The notes beneath the pieces are model-generated. The model searched no databases, was not told the DNA's origin, and saw nothing but the letters and a program-made list of their open reading frames with translations. A stretch of DNA of 55,564 nt, the filler included, from Sluysia triapertura (taxonomy: Eukaryota), in NCBI GenBank assembly GCA_046118255.1. It is 4 parts of 4 records of this genome, joined end to end, with 100 filler letters (N's around TTAATTAATTAA, not from the genome) between each part and the next. Parts side by side here need not be neighbours in the genome. Positions count along the whole stretch, not along the records: positions 11,037 to 22,988 come from JBJNIA010153272.1; positions 23,089 to 39,589 come from JBJNIA010202596.1; 2 more parts are not named here. One strand, 5' to 3'. Shown piece by piece: positions 11,961 to 26,662 of this stretch (its first letter is position 1; the number at the start of each line of letters is the position of its first letter). A program made the position numbers and the translations under genes.

Positions 11961-12792
11961 GTGTAGCGTATAACCACTATTAATCAGAAGTATTAATTGT
12001 ATCAACATACGATCAATTGTATGATGTTATTTGTATAATTGTATGCATATGTTATCATTTGTGGAAAACCTCGTTTTATATAATGCTTTCTACTGACATT
12101 ATATTTAATATCATAAAAACGATTTTAATAAATGTATGGTAAACTTCATCAAATAATTAATTTTCTTTTATAATATTTGTTTTTCTGCATTTATTCATTG
12201 ATTATTTTATGTACTAGTTTCATTTAGTCGTTGCGTGTTAGTTTGCTTTAGTCTGTGTTTGCTAGTATTCGGTTTTTAGAACTTTTAAGTTGTTTCTTTT
12301 GAAGCCATCGAGATTACTAAGATATTGTAGATATATTTTAGTAAGATATGTTTTAAATTATAAAAGATTATTATTATTATTATTACCAATTTTAGTAATT
12401 CGGCAGCTACAAGAATTTGAATATCCATATGTGTCATTAAAAGAAATTAATCAATCATACAATTGTAAAATAGTTATTCGAAAAAAGTATATTGTCATTA
12501 TTTTTATTATTATATTTATGTTATTAATTTTATAAACATTACTAAAAATTAAATTATCATTACTACTCATATTACTGATATCTTCATTAATATTATGATC
12601 ACTAATTAAATACTAATAATTTAATCCTGCATTAATATTGTGAATATTTACGCATTTTTATTGTAATTATCGATTAATAATTTGTTTGTTGACTTTGATA
12701 AGTTATTTATAAACTTACCTGAGCATTTTAACTGGTTAATAATAAATAACGATTTTTTAATAATAATAATTATTATTATATCGATTTATTAG

Positions 12793-12970
12793 AGTATGGG
12801 ATAATGATCGTGAATTAGATCTCTTATCATCACCTTCGTCAATCTCTGGTTTAGAAGTTTTATTTGCTCAAATTTGTGCCGAAGTCAAATATAACTGGTT
12901 GTCAGTATCAGACACTGATCCTAGATTATCCAGACTTCAGAATTTGATTGAGAATCGATCTCGCAAAGAG
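12793..12970 (+). CDS. SNX17: Internal exon, SNX17/SNX31-like FERM F2 subdomain
   Basis: ttattAG|...|GTttga, 178 nt, open (phase 2 to 0): VWDNDRELDLLSSPSSISGLEVLFAQICAEVKYNWLSVSDTDPRLSRLQNLIENRSRKE. Resembles SNX17 WD...GLNLLYAQ...GWI...QLKSLQEKVSKKE. Confidence 0.6.
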
Positions 12971-15047
12971 GTTTGATATGATATAATAAAAAATTCCAAT
13001 TTTAATTTTTACAAAATTGATATTTAGAGAGAGATAAAAGTTTAAAGTTAATTTTAAGCCCATTTTATTTTATATATTAAGTGTTCTTTACTTAATAATA
13101 AATCAGACGTATTCCTTGCAATTTTTTAAATTTCGGAAGTATTGAATTTTAGTTTAAACCGATTAAGCTTAGAATAAACCTCTTTCATGATTGAAAAATT
13201 GACTAATTGTTCGGAATGAATGACTTTATGTACATTTGCCACAATATATCTATTATTGCTACACCAGATGTATCATCGATCGTAGATATTACCTACTTAA
13301 CAAATTTATATAAATGTAATAAATTGAACTGTAAAATAAATAATAGCTGAATGTATGTCGGAAATATAAAATATGGAAATCTAAACATAAAATTATTGCT
13401 TGTGCGTTTTAAAATCTTTAAAGATATAAAATTTAGAATTGTATGAACCAATATAAAAATAGATTTGTACTTTCAAACAGATACACAGCAATACACTACA
13501 ATATATATAGAATATACGTAGCATTAAGGCGGATATAAATTTATAATAGTAAATAGTATTATATTGTAGAATGCAATAGGTTAATATATAGAAAAAATTC
13601 GCCAAATAAAAGTAAAAATATGAGGAATAAGATTAAACGGCTCCTTTTATTACAAAGTAAAAGTGGTTAAATAACGCGAATAATCATGGTAAAAAATTAC
13701 AAAGAAATCATCATAGAAGAGAACTAAATAAATGTTGAGTCAGCGTACAACATCACAAAACAACACCATATAAAACAATTTCTACTAAAGAACTTTGTCA
13801 GCCAGGTCAAAAAAATATTTTGTTTGAATTATTGATTTGAAAAGATATTAGTAACTATTTGGAAATGATTATTGAGTTTGATTATAAATATAATTAATCA
13901 AATTATAAGTACAATATCCTTTTAAACTTAAAGTAATTATTAAATTTGATTAAATTGAATATAATTTATAGATAATAAATTGTTTCGTAAATTTGTATCA
14001 TTATGTGTACTTGTTTTTTTCATTTTTTAACGTTATTGTTATTAGCTTATCTACGTCCAATAATATATTTTGATATTTAATAAATGTTTAGTGACTAAGT
14101 TTTGCTTTATACTGACTCCGAAATTTAGATTCAATTAGCACTTCTTTAAGAAAATTAAAGTAAAAGTTCTATTACAAATAATTTTAAAGTGAATAAAATG
14201 ATTATTATTCATAAGTATTACGAGATGGAGTTGAAATGTGAGTAAAAATCATTACTCATAAAACAGAGAAGAATGACAAATTTAATTTAAGCTTGCAGTT
14301 TTGAAATATAATTCATAAAGTTATTACATAAAGTCAGTTTATTGTTGCGACTCTGTCCACATTATAAATTTGCAATAAATACAAGTTTAAAAGTTTGAAA
14401 GTAATTTATAACGCTGTTTTATATTGTGAATTATCACAAATATTTTGAAAAATTTATTCAATTCACAATGACAAACTTTAAAATTTTTATTGCAAATTGT
14501 TTCGCATTTGTACTAATTAAAAATGCAATAATTCTGGTTATTTATTTCCTTTAAATAATATTTCTTTTTAAATCAGAAAATTCATGCGTATATGATTCAT
14601 TTAAAATCTTATTGATGATTAAAGTTTTTATACAGTCATCCTTAAATCAATTTTTAAATCAATATTCTTTTAGACGAATATTGAAAACATGAAAAAATTT
14701 TAAGTTATTCAAATCGTAAATCTAGATTTTCTTTTATGATAAATCCTAATTCACAGCTTCCGAAATTTTTCCAACTTCACTACAATCAACTTCCTTTTGC
14801 AACCAAATTCTTATATCAAACCAATTTAATTTTTATAATAATTTACACATACTTGATCTTAAACTATGGCTCTCTCTATACATTAGTTAATCATTTTTAT
14901 ATTATTGTTTTGACCATTTATTTTCTCTATATTATTTAATTATAATTCTAGTTCTAGTTTTTTATTCAATTTTTTCCGTCTTATTAGCTAGTATTTGTGC
15001 TTGTTAGTATTCACAGAATTTTTTGTTTTAGTAGCGTTTACGTTTAA

Positions 15048-15249
15048 CACTAAACGTACCAAGGTTTGATGCATACTTATTCATACCATCACCGGTCATT
15101 TGACCGGTACCTATATATAAAACTAAATTTAAAATTAAATATAAAATTAAAAGTCATATAATAAAATGGTAGAAACAATATAATTTCAAAGTATTTTTTG
15201 AAATTAAAAACTAAAAACGGACATTTGACCGGTCGTGGTACGTTCAGTC
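15048..15249. mobile_element. piggyBac-like MITE (~200 bp)
   Basis: TTAA|CACTAAACGTACC...GGTACGTTCAGTC|TTAA, with subterminal CATTTGACCGGT motifs at both ends. Confidence 0.7.
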
Positions 15250-16175
15250 TTAATTAGTAGATATTTTTACACATGAATTCTACAACTGGCTATTTTCTTT
15301 ATTTTTATTTTTGTCTTGTTATTTAAAAGTTTTCTAAGTGCTAAGTGTAGTACAATTTTCGTTATAATTTAGAATGGGTTTTAAAAATGGGTTTTAGTAA
15401 TCTTTAATATAACCAAGTTAAGCTGACCATATTTTATGGTCCGTTGCAAATTTTTTTCAAGATTTTCAAAAATGAAATTGTACAAACTACAATAACATAA
15501 TTGGAGTAATTATTTTAGTATAAGAAAGATAAATATTAAATTTATCCAATATCAATATATATAAATTCATTAATTTCGATTTTATCATACATATTATCTC
15601 ATAAATTTATAGTTTCAGTTAGGTTTTGATTAAATGCTTTCTTTTATGAAATAGATCTTTTATTATTGGGAGGTAAGGAAGGAATCATGCTTTCATTAGC
15701 CATTAAACAAAACTCAGGTACAAAGTCGTTCCCACATTCACGATATTCAAGTATCACACGTACGGAATCTATTAAAGTATTTCTACACCTTACTGCAACT
15801 GTCAATAGATGGCGTAGTAAAATACCAGAATCATAATTTTCGATTGACATATGTGATCTTTTTATTTTGTTAACTGATGATTGTGTTGAATGGAATAGTG
15901 CTAATGTTAAAATATCTTCAATAACTTCTTGTTATTTCAAAATTTGTGGATTGATTTGTAAAACCTCTTTCACTTGCTTGATTCTATTCAAAATCATCAT
16001 TTTATCAACTCATTAACACACTTGATAATAAAAATCCGAACGTAGTATAATATAGTTTTGGTAGATAATGTTATTTTAGATGTGAATCAAAAACTTAATT
16101 AAAATTTAAAAACATGAATAACAACCGTACTAATGATGACGGTACTGGATACTTATAATGATGTTGGGTTATAAT

Positions 16176-17515
16176 TAGGGCGACCAGACGTCACGGATTT
16201 TAGTACACAGTCCCGTTGTGACGTTTGTCCCGAAATAGTCAGATATATTTTTTTAGAATGTTTCAATTACCAATAAAGAGATTGGTTGCATTATAAATAC
16301 ATTGTTATACCAATAAAGCAGAACGGGCAGTAGAAATACATCAGTATTGAAGCGTAGTGCGCGCTCTGTTTTGCCTAAGCATAGCTAGCAAATGTATGTA
16401 TGTCGTAAATGCTAACATACTGCATACATGCATGTGCACAATGTATTGGAAACGGCTGATTCTGAATTAGTGTACTTGGTTTACTTATGATGGTTAGTTG
16501 CGTCAAATCAAAATCTATATAAAAAATTATACAAATTTCCGTGCTTTTTCTTCCATAAATGCGGAAGTAATAAATTTCAAATTAAAAATGACTTCGAAGA
16601 AAAGAACATGTAAATTTACTAGTGATCTTGCCAATGAATGTTATTTCATTAAAAAACAAAAGATTCAGATTCAGACGTTCATTGCAATTCCAATTTTTCC
16701 ATTATTTATGGTGGGAAAAACAACATTATAGGACATTCAATCTGACAAACCTAAACGATGTGTATAATCGGCTGCTGGATCAAATATTATTCAATTTATG
16801 CATAGTAAAACTTTTAGTATTGAAGTTTGCTATTACAGAATCAGTTTTTTCATTTCATTTGATTTTTCTCAACCAGTCATTTTGGTCAATGGACAGCACT
16901 TTTCGATCCAAAATTGTCCTGTGCATGCACTAAAAAGGAAGCTATCGCAAGAAATGTTTTATACCTCACTCTATAGCTGAAATGAAAACAACTCTGGAAA
17001 AGATACTATTTCTTACATTATATTCTGATGCATCAAATCATAAAGATATAAAATCGTTTTATTAACTAATTAGATACTTTGACCTAGAAAAAAGAATTTG
17101 CGAGGAACAAAGAATAATATTTAATAATAATATTTGGACGCATTGAAAGCAATGGTTATTGTAAAGTGCAATATTTCAAAATCTTGTGAATAATTACAAA
17201 CTGTATTAATGACAACGATGAACTTTTAAGAAAAATACATGCTTCAGAAAATATTAATTTAAAAAATCTTTGTTGTATAAATGATAATTATGTTTTTGTA
17301 TAATCGTATTATCAAATAAATTTAAAAGTTTCTTTATATTGTATTATAAATAAAAAATGTAACAAAATCATTAGAAATTATATTTTGAATCTAAATGTTT
17401 GTTATCCTTTATTATCTACATATATTTAGCACATTTAAGTACGTAAAATTTTAATTTTTAATTTTTAAATTTGTTTGATGTCCCTGATTGGGATCGAGAA
17501 AATCTTGTTACCCTA
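16176..17515 (+). mobile_element. hAT-Blackjack-like transposon, internally deleted and decayed
   Basis: TIRs TAGGGCGACCAGA...TCTTGTTACCCTA with subterminal GTCCC motifs. Transposase N-terminal relics MTSKKRTCKFTSDL and NSNFSIIYGGKNNIIGH. No intact TSD. Confidence 0.75.
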
Positions 17516-18059
17516 TTCTTACATTAAAATAACAATTGTTAAAATTATGAAAACTTAAAAATTATGAAATTAACTTTAGTTTTTGTAATGAAATTAATTT
17601 TAAGTTCCTCACATTCACTTTTCTAATGGAAAATATTTAAGATCATCATTCCTAAACAAACCATTTCGCAAATATTTCAACCTCATTTTGGATTCTCCTC
17701 TTTCATAGCAATCAATTCATATTCAGTTCAATATTTTTTCAACATTCTAAATACAAAAAATTCAACATTTTTAAATTAAAAATTAATTAAAATTCGACTC
17801 TGCTCAATATGGAGGCTTTCCTCGCATAGACTCGGTCAAATCTTATCTTCATCGGAAGATCTTTTTTAAACAAATGCATATAAAGTTAGAAAATTTAACA
17901 TAGTATTCCGCATTCAAATGTTATTATTATTATTAATAATGATAGTTATCATTATTATTGTTATCCTAAAAACGCATAAACCCTTTATTTCTAAACTCAC
18001 ATGATCTGTCTTTTGAAACTCTTAAATTTCTAAACATATTAAACTTATTAAAAAAGAAA

Positions 18060-18789
18060 AACATTGAAAAATTATAGTTCTAATGCAGTACGGTAATGTA
18101 TAGGACGTTTAAAATGAATTTTTAGATGTTGATTAATGTTTTTAACTGAAGATAATGTTTGAATATTAGGAGACTGTGACGTAAAGATTGTGGTTTAGTG
18201 AATGTAAAAAAAGGTAAATTATAGCCCAACTTTTAGTATGTTGCAAAAATGATTATAGAATGTTTAAAATGTGATTTATTTTCTTGATATGTTTAAGTAG
18301 TGATGTCTTTATGTGTTGTTGAGAATTAAATGAAGCAGATCATGAATTTAGAATGTTTGAATTAGTTTGAAGATACCTGATGGTTAATTTCGAATGTGGC
18401 TGTGGTTAGATTATTCTGAAATGACAAATGAAATATTTTTAATGAATTTCTTAGAGTAATTTGATGGTATTATATGTGATTGTGGTTTGAATGTTATAAG
18501 GTTGAAGATTTGAAATGTTTTGACAAGTAAGAGTTTATTTTGGTGAATGAGAAAAGAAATAAGGTATAAAAACGGTTGTAACTAATTTTACAAGGTTCTT
18601 AAGTGGTGTTGAAACGAGTATGATTTTAATTATTTTTGTATTAATTGTAAATTTGGAAATGTGAGTTGTGGACTTTGGGGGTGTATGTTATATGTAACAA
18701 AAATGTTTTTAATGAATTTTTGAAAATGGGTAAAATATTTAGGATACATTTTTAATAAAATTTTTTAAGGTAATAGGTTGGCCACCACA
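18060..18789 (-). mobile_element. Family A-related LTR-like segment
   Basis: Same terminus TGTGGTGGCCAACCT as at 8729 and the same strand skew; the lower boundary is approximate. Confidence 0.55.
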
Positions 18790-19172
18790 ATCATAAAATA
18801 ATCATATAAACGAGAAATATATGTAGAAACAATCCTTGTGAAAGAGTGATTTCGAATGATATTTATTTAATCGAAAAAATTAAAAATTAGAAGTTGTCAA
18901 AATTAGAGAAAGGCATATCGAAAGTTAACTGGGGAAAAATTTGTCAAGAGTTGTGACATTATAATGATATTAGTAATTATAATGATAAAAATAATTATTA
19001 TTTTAATAAAGATAATAAGTATAATAATGATTAACAATAATAATAACGATAATAATAAAAATAAGTATAATAATTATTATTTTAATTTAATAACGCCCAG
19101 TAAAAACGTTATTAAATATTGCTATAGGCGTAACAATTTATTATTTTGATGAAGGATGTAACACCCAATTAA

Positions 19173-19250
19173 CACGTTGACGCATGCTTTTTTTCCACCA
19201 TTGATTACAAACAAAAATTGGTTCCTCTGGTCGCACTTTGCGGAAACGTG
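19173..19250. mobile_element. Minimal 78-bp piggyBac-like MITE
   Basis: TTAA|CACGTT...AACGTG|TTAA. Confidence 0.55.
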
Positions 19251-20744
19251 TTAATGAAAGTATCTAAATAGCGATCAACGCTAATTACGTTGGCAAAATA
19301 AAAATAAGAAAGAGAAATAATTAAAAAATTCTAACAAAAATTCTATTTGATATTGACCACGAACACTATTTAGCGATTATTTGATTCCAAGCAAGATTTA
19401 GTGGCTTTCCAAACACAAGCTTGGCATTGTTAAAATAATCGTAAGTTAATATTTGTTACTATGCATCCTTAAATAATATAAAATTAAAATCTTAGGCAAA
19501 CTCATTAATTTTGATTACTAGAATAATTCTAGTATTAAAGTCTGTCTAAAATTTTTATATTTAATATTAATTAAAATCCTTGATAATTTAATCTCTTATT
19601 TTTATCAATTTTGTACTACAATTCTTTTCTATAATAAAGTTTCGATTTTCAGTTTAGTTAATATTTAATTGAGTTTTAAGTATAAGTAATTTAGGAAGTT
19701 ATTATTACACATTTAAATTAGGTGATAAAGTGACAACGTTATTAACTAATTTTTTGAAAAGTTTATAAACCAAAAACACAGCCTAGCTTATGTTGTCTTT
19801 ATTTAAAATTATTAACAATAACTCTCGACATATTTTCAATAATCACAAAACAAATACAACTTATTAATAATTCATTAACCACAATATATTCTCAATATTC
19901 ACAATTATAAATCAATGTCCTTAAACAATCAAATAAGAAAATAAAATACTAAAAATCCTAGGGTAACACAATTAGCGCCCGTATTTAACAAAATAAATAT
20001 AACAAACTCATGGATTAACGAACCACAATAATAATAAAATATCATTATAGAATTTACTGAGCACAAGCATCAAAAGTGTTGCAGCAGCTTTCCTACAGGA
20101 ATCGAAGTTTTTACTTTACTCGATTTTCTGTTACTTATGTCTTCTGAATATTTAACAGAAATGCGTCATCTTGTACAGTAGTAAGATTAAAAATTGGAAT
20201 TTAGAAGTAATCACTTTATGTAATTACTTATTCTTTTAAGTCGGTTATAAGCTGACTAATTTTAATAATTGAATTTCAACGATAATTTCCGTTGAATTCC
20301 AAATTTATCATCTCCCAGCAATTACCCAAATATAATTAAAATTAACAAAGATAATTAAATATAACACATGCAATTATTTGTACTAAAAGTTTGCAAAATA
20401 ATTCTCTGAAGGGGAGTTCACCTAATAGATGCCACTTATATCTGGTCGAAGGAGTCTATTAGGATTTGATTTAAGAACTTAAAAAGAATGCTAGACGATG
20501 TCAATAGTTAAAATGTTCCATTATACTTTTTAAGAATCAACTCCATATCAAATTCAATAAATTAAACTAGCCGAATTATGGTCTAGTTTCTAAAAAAAGT
20601 TAAGCTAGCCGATTATTGCCTAGCGTACAAGTAAAAATAATTTAATAAGGTTAGACGTTGAGCTAGCCTATTTAAGGTCTAGCAAATAACTAATATTTTA
20701 GAGTTACAAAAGAAAAACTACTTTAAAAATTTTATTAAATAAGC

Positions 20745-21700
20745 AACTAACTATAACAAATAATGGCAAATGTAATAAATAGCAATAGTATCAATAAGTA
20801 TTTTAATCACTTAAGGAAGGAACTTCCTTAGCACTATTTTAGATTTTAAAAAGGAAATTAAACTAGCCGTTTAATAATTAATAATTTAGTCTATTTTACT
20901 TCTTCCCTTAAGATAAGAATTAAAAACCTTAAACAATAAACAAATTACTTGTTCATTGATTTAGAAATCATAAATTGACGATTAGAATTTTTCTTCTGGT
21001 ACTACATTAAAAATTCAGCAATTTATATAGCTAAATTTTTAATGAGATAGCCATATTGAAAATTAAAATTGTATTTGTTTAGGTGATTTAGAAAAAGAAA
21101 AGAAAATTAATTTAGAAAAACAAATATTTTAAATTATAAGAAATGAAATTAAAACTTTTATCACAAAAAATAAAACTAATTTAAAAATGAAACTATCTTA
21201 AAGTTTTTAATTCTTTTATAATAATATATAATATTTATAATAAATTCAAATATAATAAAACGTTCACGTTCTTACACAAAATTAAAATTTAGCATGAATA
21301 AACAACCGACTATAACAAATAATGACAAATGTAATAAATAGCAATAGTATCAATAAGTATTTTAATCACTTAAGGAAGGAACTTCCTTAGCACTATTTTA
21401 AATTTTAAAAAGAAAATTAAACTTGCCGTTAAGGTCTAGTGTCCAAATTAATAATTTAAGTTTATTTTAATTCTTCCTTCAAGATAAGAATTAAACCCTT
21501 AAATAATAAACAAATTACTTGTTTATGGATTTTGAAATCATAAATTGACGATTAGAATTTTTCTCTGGTTACTACAGTAAAATTCAGCCATTTATATAGC
21601 TAAAATTTTACTGAGGTAGCCATATTGAAAATTAATATTGTATTTATTTAGTTGATATGGAAAAAAACATTTTAAATTATAAGAAATGAAATTAAAAATT
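20745..21700. repeat. Tandem duplication, period about 559 bp
   Basis: CTATAACAAATAATG(G/A)CAAATG...TAAGGAAGGAACTTCCTTAGCAC... begins at 20751 and at 21310, with high identity over about 400 bp. Confidence 0.9.
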
Positions 21701-22988
21701 TCATACTTAGACTTAAACATCATAACATATATAAATTCAGTTTTACATTATAAAAAATTAATTAAATTAAATAATTAGCTGTCAACATGCTTCGTAATAT
21801 CTCATCATTAGTAACACTAATGAATCTCAACATTATATTTATATATTATTTTATCATATATTATTTTATCGTTTACAAGCACCTTTCATAAAATTATTGA
21901 ATCAAAACAATTTTAAATTAAATTAATTAATAAATGCACTTTAATATTTTCACGAGTAAAACCTCTCCTCGTATCTTTATTTTTATTTTAATTTAAATAT
22001 TTTTTAAATGTATTTAATTAACAAATACAATCTAACATAGTGATTTGTTTTATTCTTTTATTAATAAGTGTCAATTTTGTCCCAAAAAAGGAACTGAGGG
22101 TATGTATATTGTGTGTTGTTAATTAAAAATTATAGAGATAAATGGAATTAAAAATGTACTCTATAATTGAGTTTATTTCACTTCTAATTTTACAAAATTA
22201 TTGAATTTTGAACCAAGGATTGTGTTTAGTTTAGCATCACTGAGTGAAAAGCCGTGCGTTAGATTCTAACATTAAAGTTAAAATATTATGTTTCGTCCAA
22301 CGTCAGTCAACAGAAAGTCATGCCTAAATTCGAGTAATATTTTTAAAGGTAATGATTTATAATTACTTCGTTTTGCATTGATTATTTTGATTTAATTTTT
22401 CGGAAAAATTACACTTTTGGTTGCAAATTCAGTTAATTTTCTTAAATATTAATTAATTGTTATTTGATTTATGATTTAACATTTAATTAACATCTATTGT
22501 ATTAATTGATATTTTTGTAATAATTGACAAATTGTGTTATAAGAAATATATTTTCATATTTTAGTTTAATTTAATATTTTAATTTTGAGAATCATTTAAA
22601 ATTTGACTTTACTCAACATTAATACTTTTGCACGAATTCGACCAAATCATATCATATCTCATCAAAAATGAACTCATACACAATTGCAATTTTATAATTG
22701 TATTGCGCATTCAAACTTTATTTTAACGTATTTTTCTTTAATTAAGTTAACGAATTAATTTATTTTTGGAATTTATCATAATTCAATTATGAAATGATAC
22801 ATCAAAATGGATATCGTCAGTAGATAGTTAATATAATTTGTCAACAAAACTAGTCAAGTTTGAGAGGCATTTAAAAATGTTACATGCATTATCTATAGAA
22901 TTTTATAGAATTGTCGATAGAATTTTATGACAATTTGGCTTTACATTATATTAAACTTTTTTGAAGTTGTCCAGTAAAATAGTCAATT

Positions 22989-23088
22989 NNNNNNNNNNNN
23001 NNNNNNNNNNNNNNNNNNNNNNNNNNNNNNNNTTAATTAATTAANNNNNNNNNNNNNNNNNNNNNNNNNNNNNNNNNNNNNNNNNNNN
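22989..23088. other. Artificial contig linker
   Basis: N44-TTAATTAATTAA-N44. Confidence 0.97.
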
Positions 23089-23162
<74 letters not shown>

Positions 23163-23359
23163 TGCTATTTTAAAAATGACATCAATATAAATTGTTTTAT
23201 GTATTCTTTAGTCTATAATATTAATTATTTATTTATGTTCTAGTTATGTTATTAATAAATTATTAAATACATAAAATAATCAAAAATAATCAAATAGATA
23301 AAATAACATATCAAATGAACCGACATTTATATTAATTTTTTAATTGTGATCCATTTCTA

Positions 23360-23427
<68 letters not shown>
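23089..23427. repeat. (ATT)n at the contig start and (TAA)n at about 23362-23427
   Basis: Direct reading. Confidence 0.9.
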
Positions 23428-23428
<1 letters not shown>

Positions 23429-25229
23429 TATAGCAATAATTATGATGGATTACATTAATTAGAAGAACATAGTAATGTCAAGGTATAAAACGAGTTATAA
23501 AAATCAAACGTGTATTATATTGCGTACAGCGTTATTTCGGGAAGTTTTAATGATAACAACAAAAACAATAATAATTATAATAACTGAAAATTAATAAAAT
23601 CATTAAACAAATAATAATAATAATTGTAATAATACAGTAATTTATCTATAATAAATTTGCCAAAAATTACAATATAATATTATATTTTATTATATTTTTC
23701 TATTTTGTATTTTCACCGGAAATTTAATTATCAGCGACCTTTCAAATAGGCTTTTATCTAAGAAAATCATTTTAAAATATATAAATTATTTGGATTAAAA
23801 GTTGTAAAATCTGTTTTCAAAGGTTATTTTAAATAAACCCTTAAAATCTATTTTTTCAAGTTATAATTTAAGTATTTGTAAATTAAAAGAGTCTAATTGT
23901 TAACTTCTTGTTAAGGCTTGCACGCTAATACTCTGTTGACCTTAAACTTTGACTAAAAAATTTCTATGAACAAGCCCTTACAAATGTAAGATCTGCTCTT
24001 TTAAAATAATTCGTTTATGACAGTAAATTAATCACAACAATAATATTTTCGTAAAAGATAAACAGTAGCGTAAAATTATTAACAAATTAAATAAAAATAA
24101 ATAAATTCTGTTTTGTTTATTTTAAATTTTTATTTGTAATAAATGTTTGCTTAATAAAATATCGTTTGACTTGCTGATTTTTTATAGAAAAGTTTTTTGG
24201 GTAAATAATTGTATCGTATTAATATTGATTATACTGTTATAGACATTTATAATATTTAATCTTTTTTATCATAAATGAAATAATTTCAACTTTTTTATAT
24301 ATTATACTTAATACTTTGCAGACGATTTATTTTATTGCTAACTATACCCAGTGGCCACGTTTTTTGAGTCAAATATTTTTATGAATTATTATGTAAAAGA
24401 TTTATTTTCAAAATATATGATTTCTCAATATACATTAAGCCATTGTGGACAAGTAGATTTAAGACCTGCCTTTTCCTCCTTCTGTAACACTGTAACAGTT
24501 TTCATAACTATCATGTTCTAATATCTAATCGATATAAAAATCGAATTAGTTTTATTACTAAGAACCTGAGAATAATAACTTTTAATTCAATACGAAATCT
24601 ATAATCTCGGCGAATTAATTTTCTAGTACATTACTCCACTCCATGTGACAATGCAAAACAAGAATTGTCATTATTGTTCTTTGTAATTTTAAACAAAATA
24701 AATTTACTCTTCGAATATTTTCAATGTTATAATAATTTATAATAATTTAATAATAACTTATAATAATTTAAATGTTATAATACTGACAATCACTTAAATG
24801 ACTTACCAACATATCCTAAAATATTACTTATTATAAATAGAAAAATAACAATGCAAAATCAATGATTTACTTTAGTACATTTAAACAAAATTTCGATTTT
24901 GATTCTTAAACACATACTAAACATTTTCTTCATTCCTTTTTTGTAACTGTAAAATAATTTCTCCTAAAATGATAATGTTAGTTTTATTAATTGTTTTATT
25001 ATTAATTTTCTCAATTATTTGAAAAAATTATATTAATTTTCTCAATTATTTGAAAAAATTATATTAATTTCAGTATATTTTATTATCCCCAATAGTTATT
25101 TTGAACATTCGTAATCATATTGACTTCAAGGAAAACTATCTTATTTTTATTTATTAGCTGGCATCTCCGTTTTAATTTTTTTCTAAATGATTTGATATGT
25201 TTTTCAACATATTTTTCATTAATTAAATT

Positions 25230-26534
25230 TGCTGGGTGTTTTTCTTAATCTAAAAACCTAACCTACAGCAAAATAATTAATTATTCTGAGACTTAATAAT
25301 GGCGTACCTGTAAAAATTACGTGAAAAAACAATTATCAAAATTAATCGTACAAAATACACTGTGCCTTAACTTCAGTAATAATGGGCAACGTGTCGTTTG
25401 TGTCAATTAACAATACATAACTTAAAAACTAATTAAGACAAACGATAGCTTAAGGAATACCTAAATTAATATAAAAATCAAGTAAATAATGATGGTATAA
25501 AAACATGTTGTCTCTTATATCTTTACATCTTAATGTAATGATCGTTAAAACTTTTAAAACTTAATGAGATAATATTACAATCGATATATCCTAGATCAAA
25601 TTTATATTTAATTGCAAATTATTCAAAAAATAGAGTAATTATAAACTTATTTCATGTAAAAAGGATTCAAAAGTCTTTTAATATTTTTATTACACCAAAA
25701 ATAGGACTAAAATAAAATTAATATAAATTTATAAAAATCCAACGAAAAATAAATGTTAATAATACAAAAAATATTAAAAATGATAAATTTATAATAGCAA
25801 TAATAATTAAGCTATAATAAGGACCTAGCCAAAAGACTCTACCCTGTGATACTGATTTTGTCAATTATCTTATGGGCCAACTAAAGTTTTAATATTTTAT
25901 ATTTTAGTTTGATTTTATGATTGGCCTTAATGACCAACCATGAAAAACAGTATTTTAAGTGGATTTTATGGCTCTATGGAAGTTTATAAACTTATGCAAA
26001 TCAAACTTACGAATTTAATTAATAATATAATTTGATCTCTGGATTGAACGATCGAGTTGCTGCTGCTTAGGAAATGCTACCCCTCTAATCGAATGCTCGG
26101 GGATCGCACAATAAATTTAAGGAATTGAAATAAAAAATTTAATAATGAATTGGTTGATGATGAGCTGGATGGTGGTGCGAATAATCTTTTTGTGATGGCT
26201 TTGCTTGTAGATGAATTTCAAAATGGCGCAAATTTTTAATGGATTCCTTATTTGTTTGTGGTTTTTTCTTTATTTGTGAATGTCTTTATATATGTACAAA
26301 GACATCTTTTAACATTTGCATAAACAAATTTCTTTTGACCTACTTTTTGATTTATAATAATAATTTAATTTTTTTACAATTAAAATAATAAGTTTTTAAG
26401 TAATACAATATTTAATAAATTTTTATAATATTTTAATAATTTTTTTTCTATATAAAACCATAGAAATAAAAATATAAAATTAAATTTTTTTATACTTTTA
26501 CAAATTAATTTATTGATTTTATAATTTATAAGCA
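25230..26534. mobile_element. Family C dispersed repeat (possible long solo LTR), copy 1
   Basis: Colinear homology with 37064-38374. Both start TGCTGGGTGTTTTTCTTAAT and share an identical 40-nt block (25822-25861). The right end is approximate. Confidence 0.7.
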
Positions 26535-26662
26535 ACTATATGAATTGTTATTGAATAAAGTTTATAAACTTATTAAAGTTATTTAGTTACTTGAAAGTAA
26601 CGATTATAATGGGAATGAAATTTTCAATATTACCTTTTTATAATAGAAAATTTCTTTTTCAG

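Noticed and set aside
17790-17880. RFDRVY as a TDP2/EEP nuclease motif
   Set aside because: An isolated hexapeptide in a 30-codon frame with no other EEP motifs.
20560-21700. CRISPR-like array
   Set aside because: The repeats are degenerate and irregularly spaced, there are no cas genes, and the context is eukaryotic.
25822-25861. Flatworm spliced-leader RNA (minus strand AGTCTTTTGGCTAG resembles an Sm site)
   Set aside because: No leader ending in ATG|GT upstream and no 3' stem-loop.
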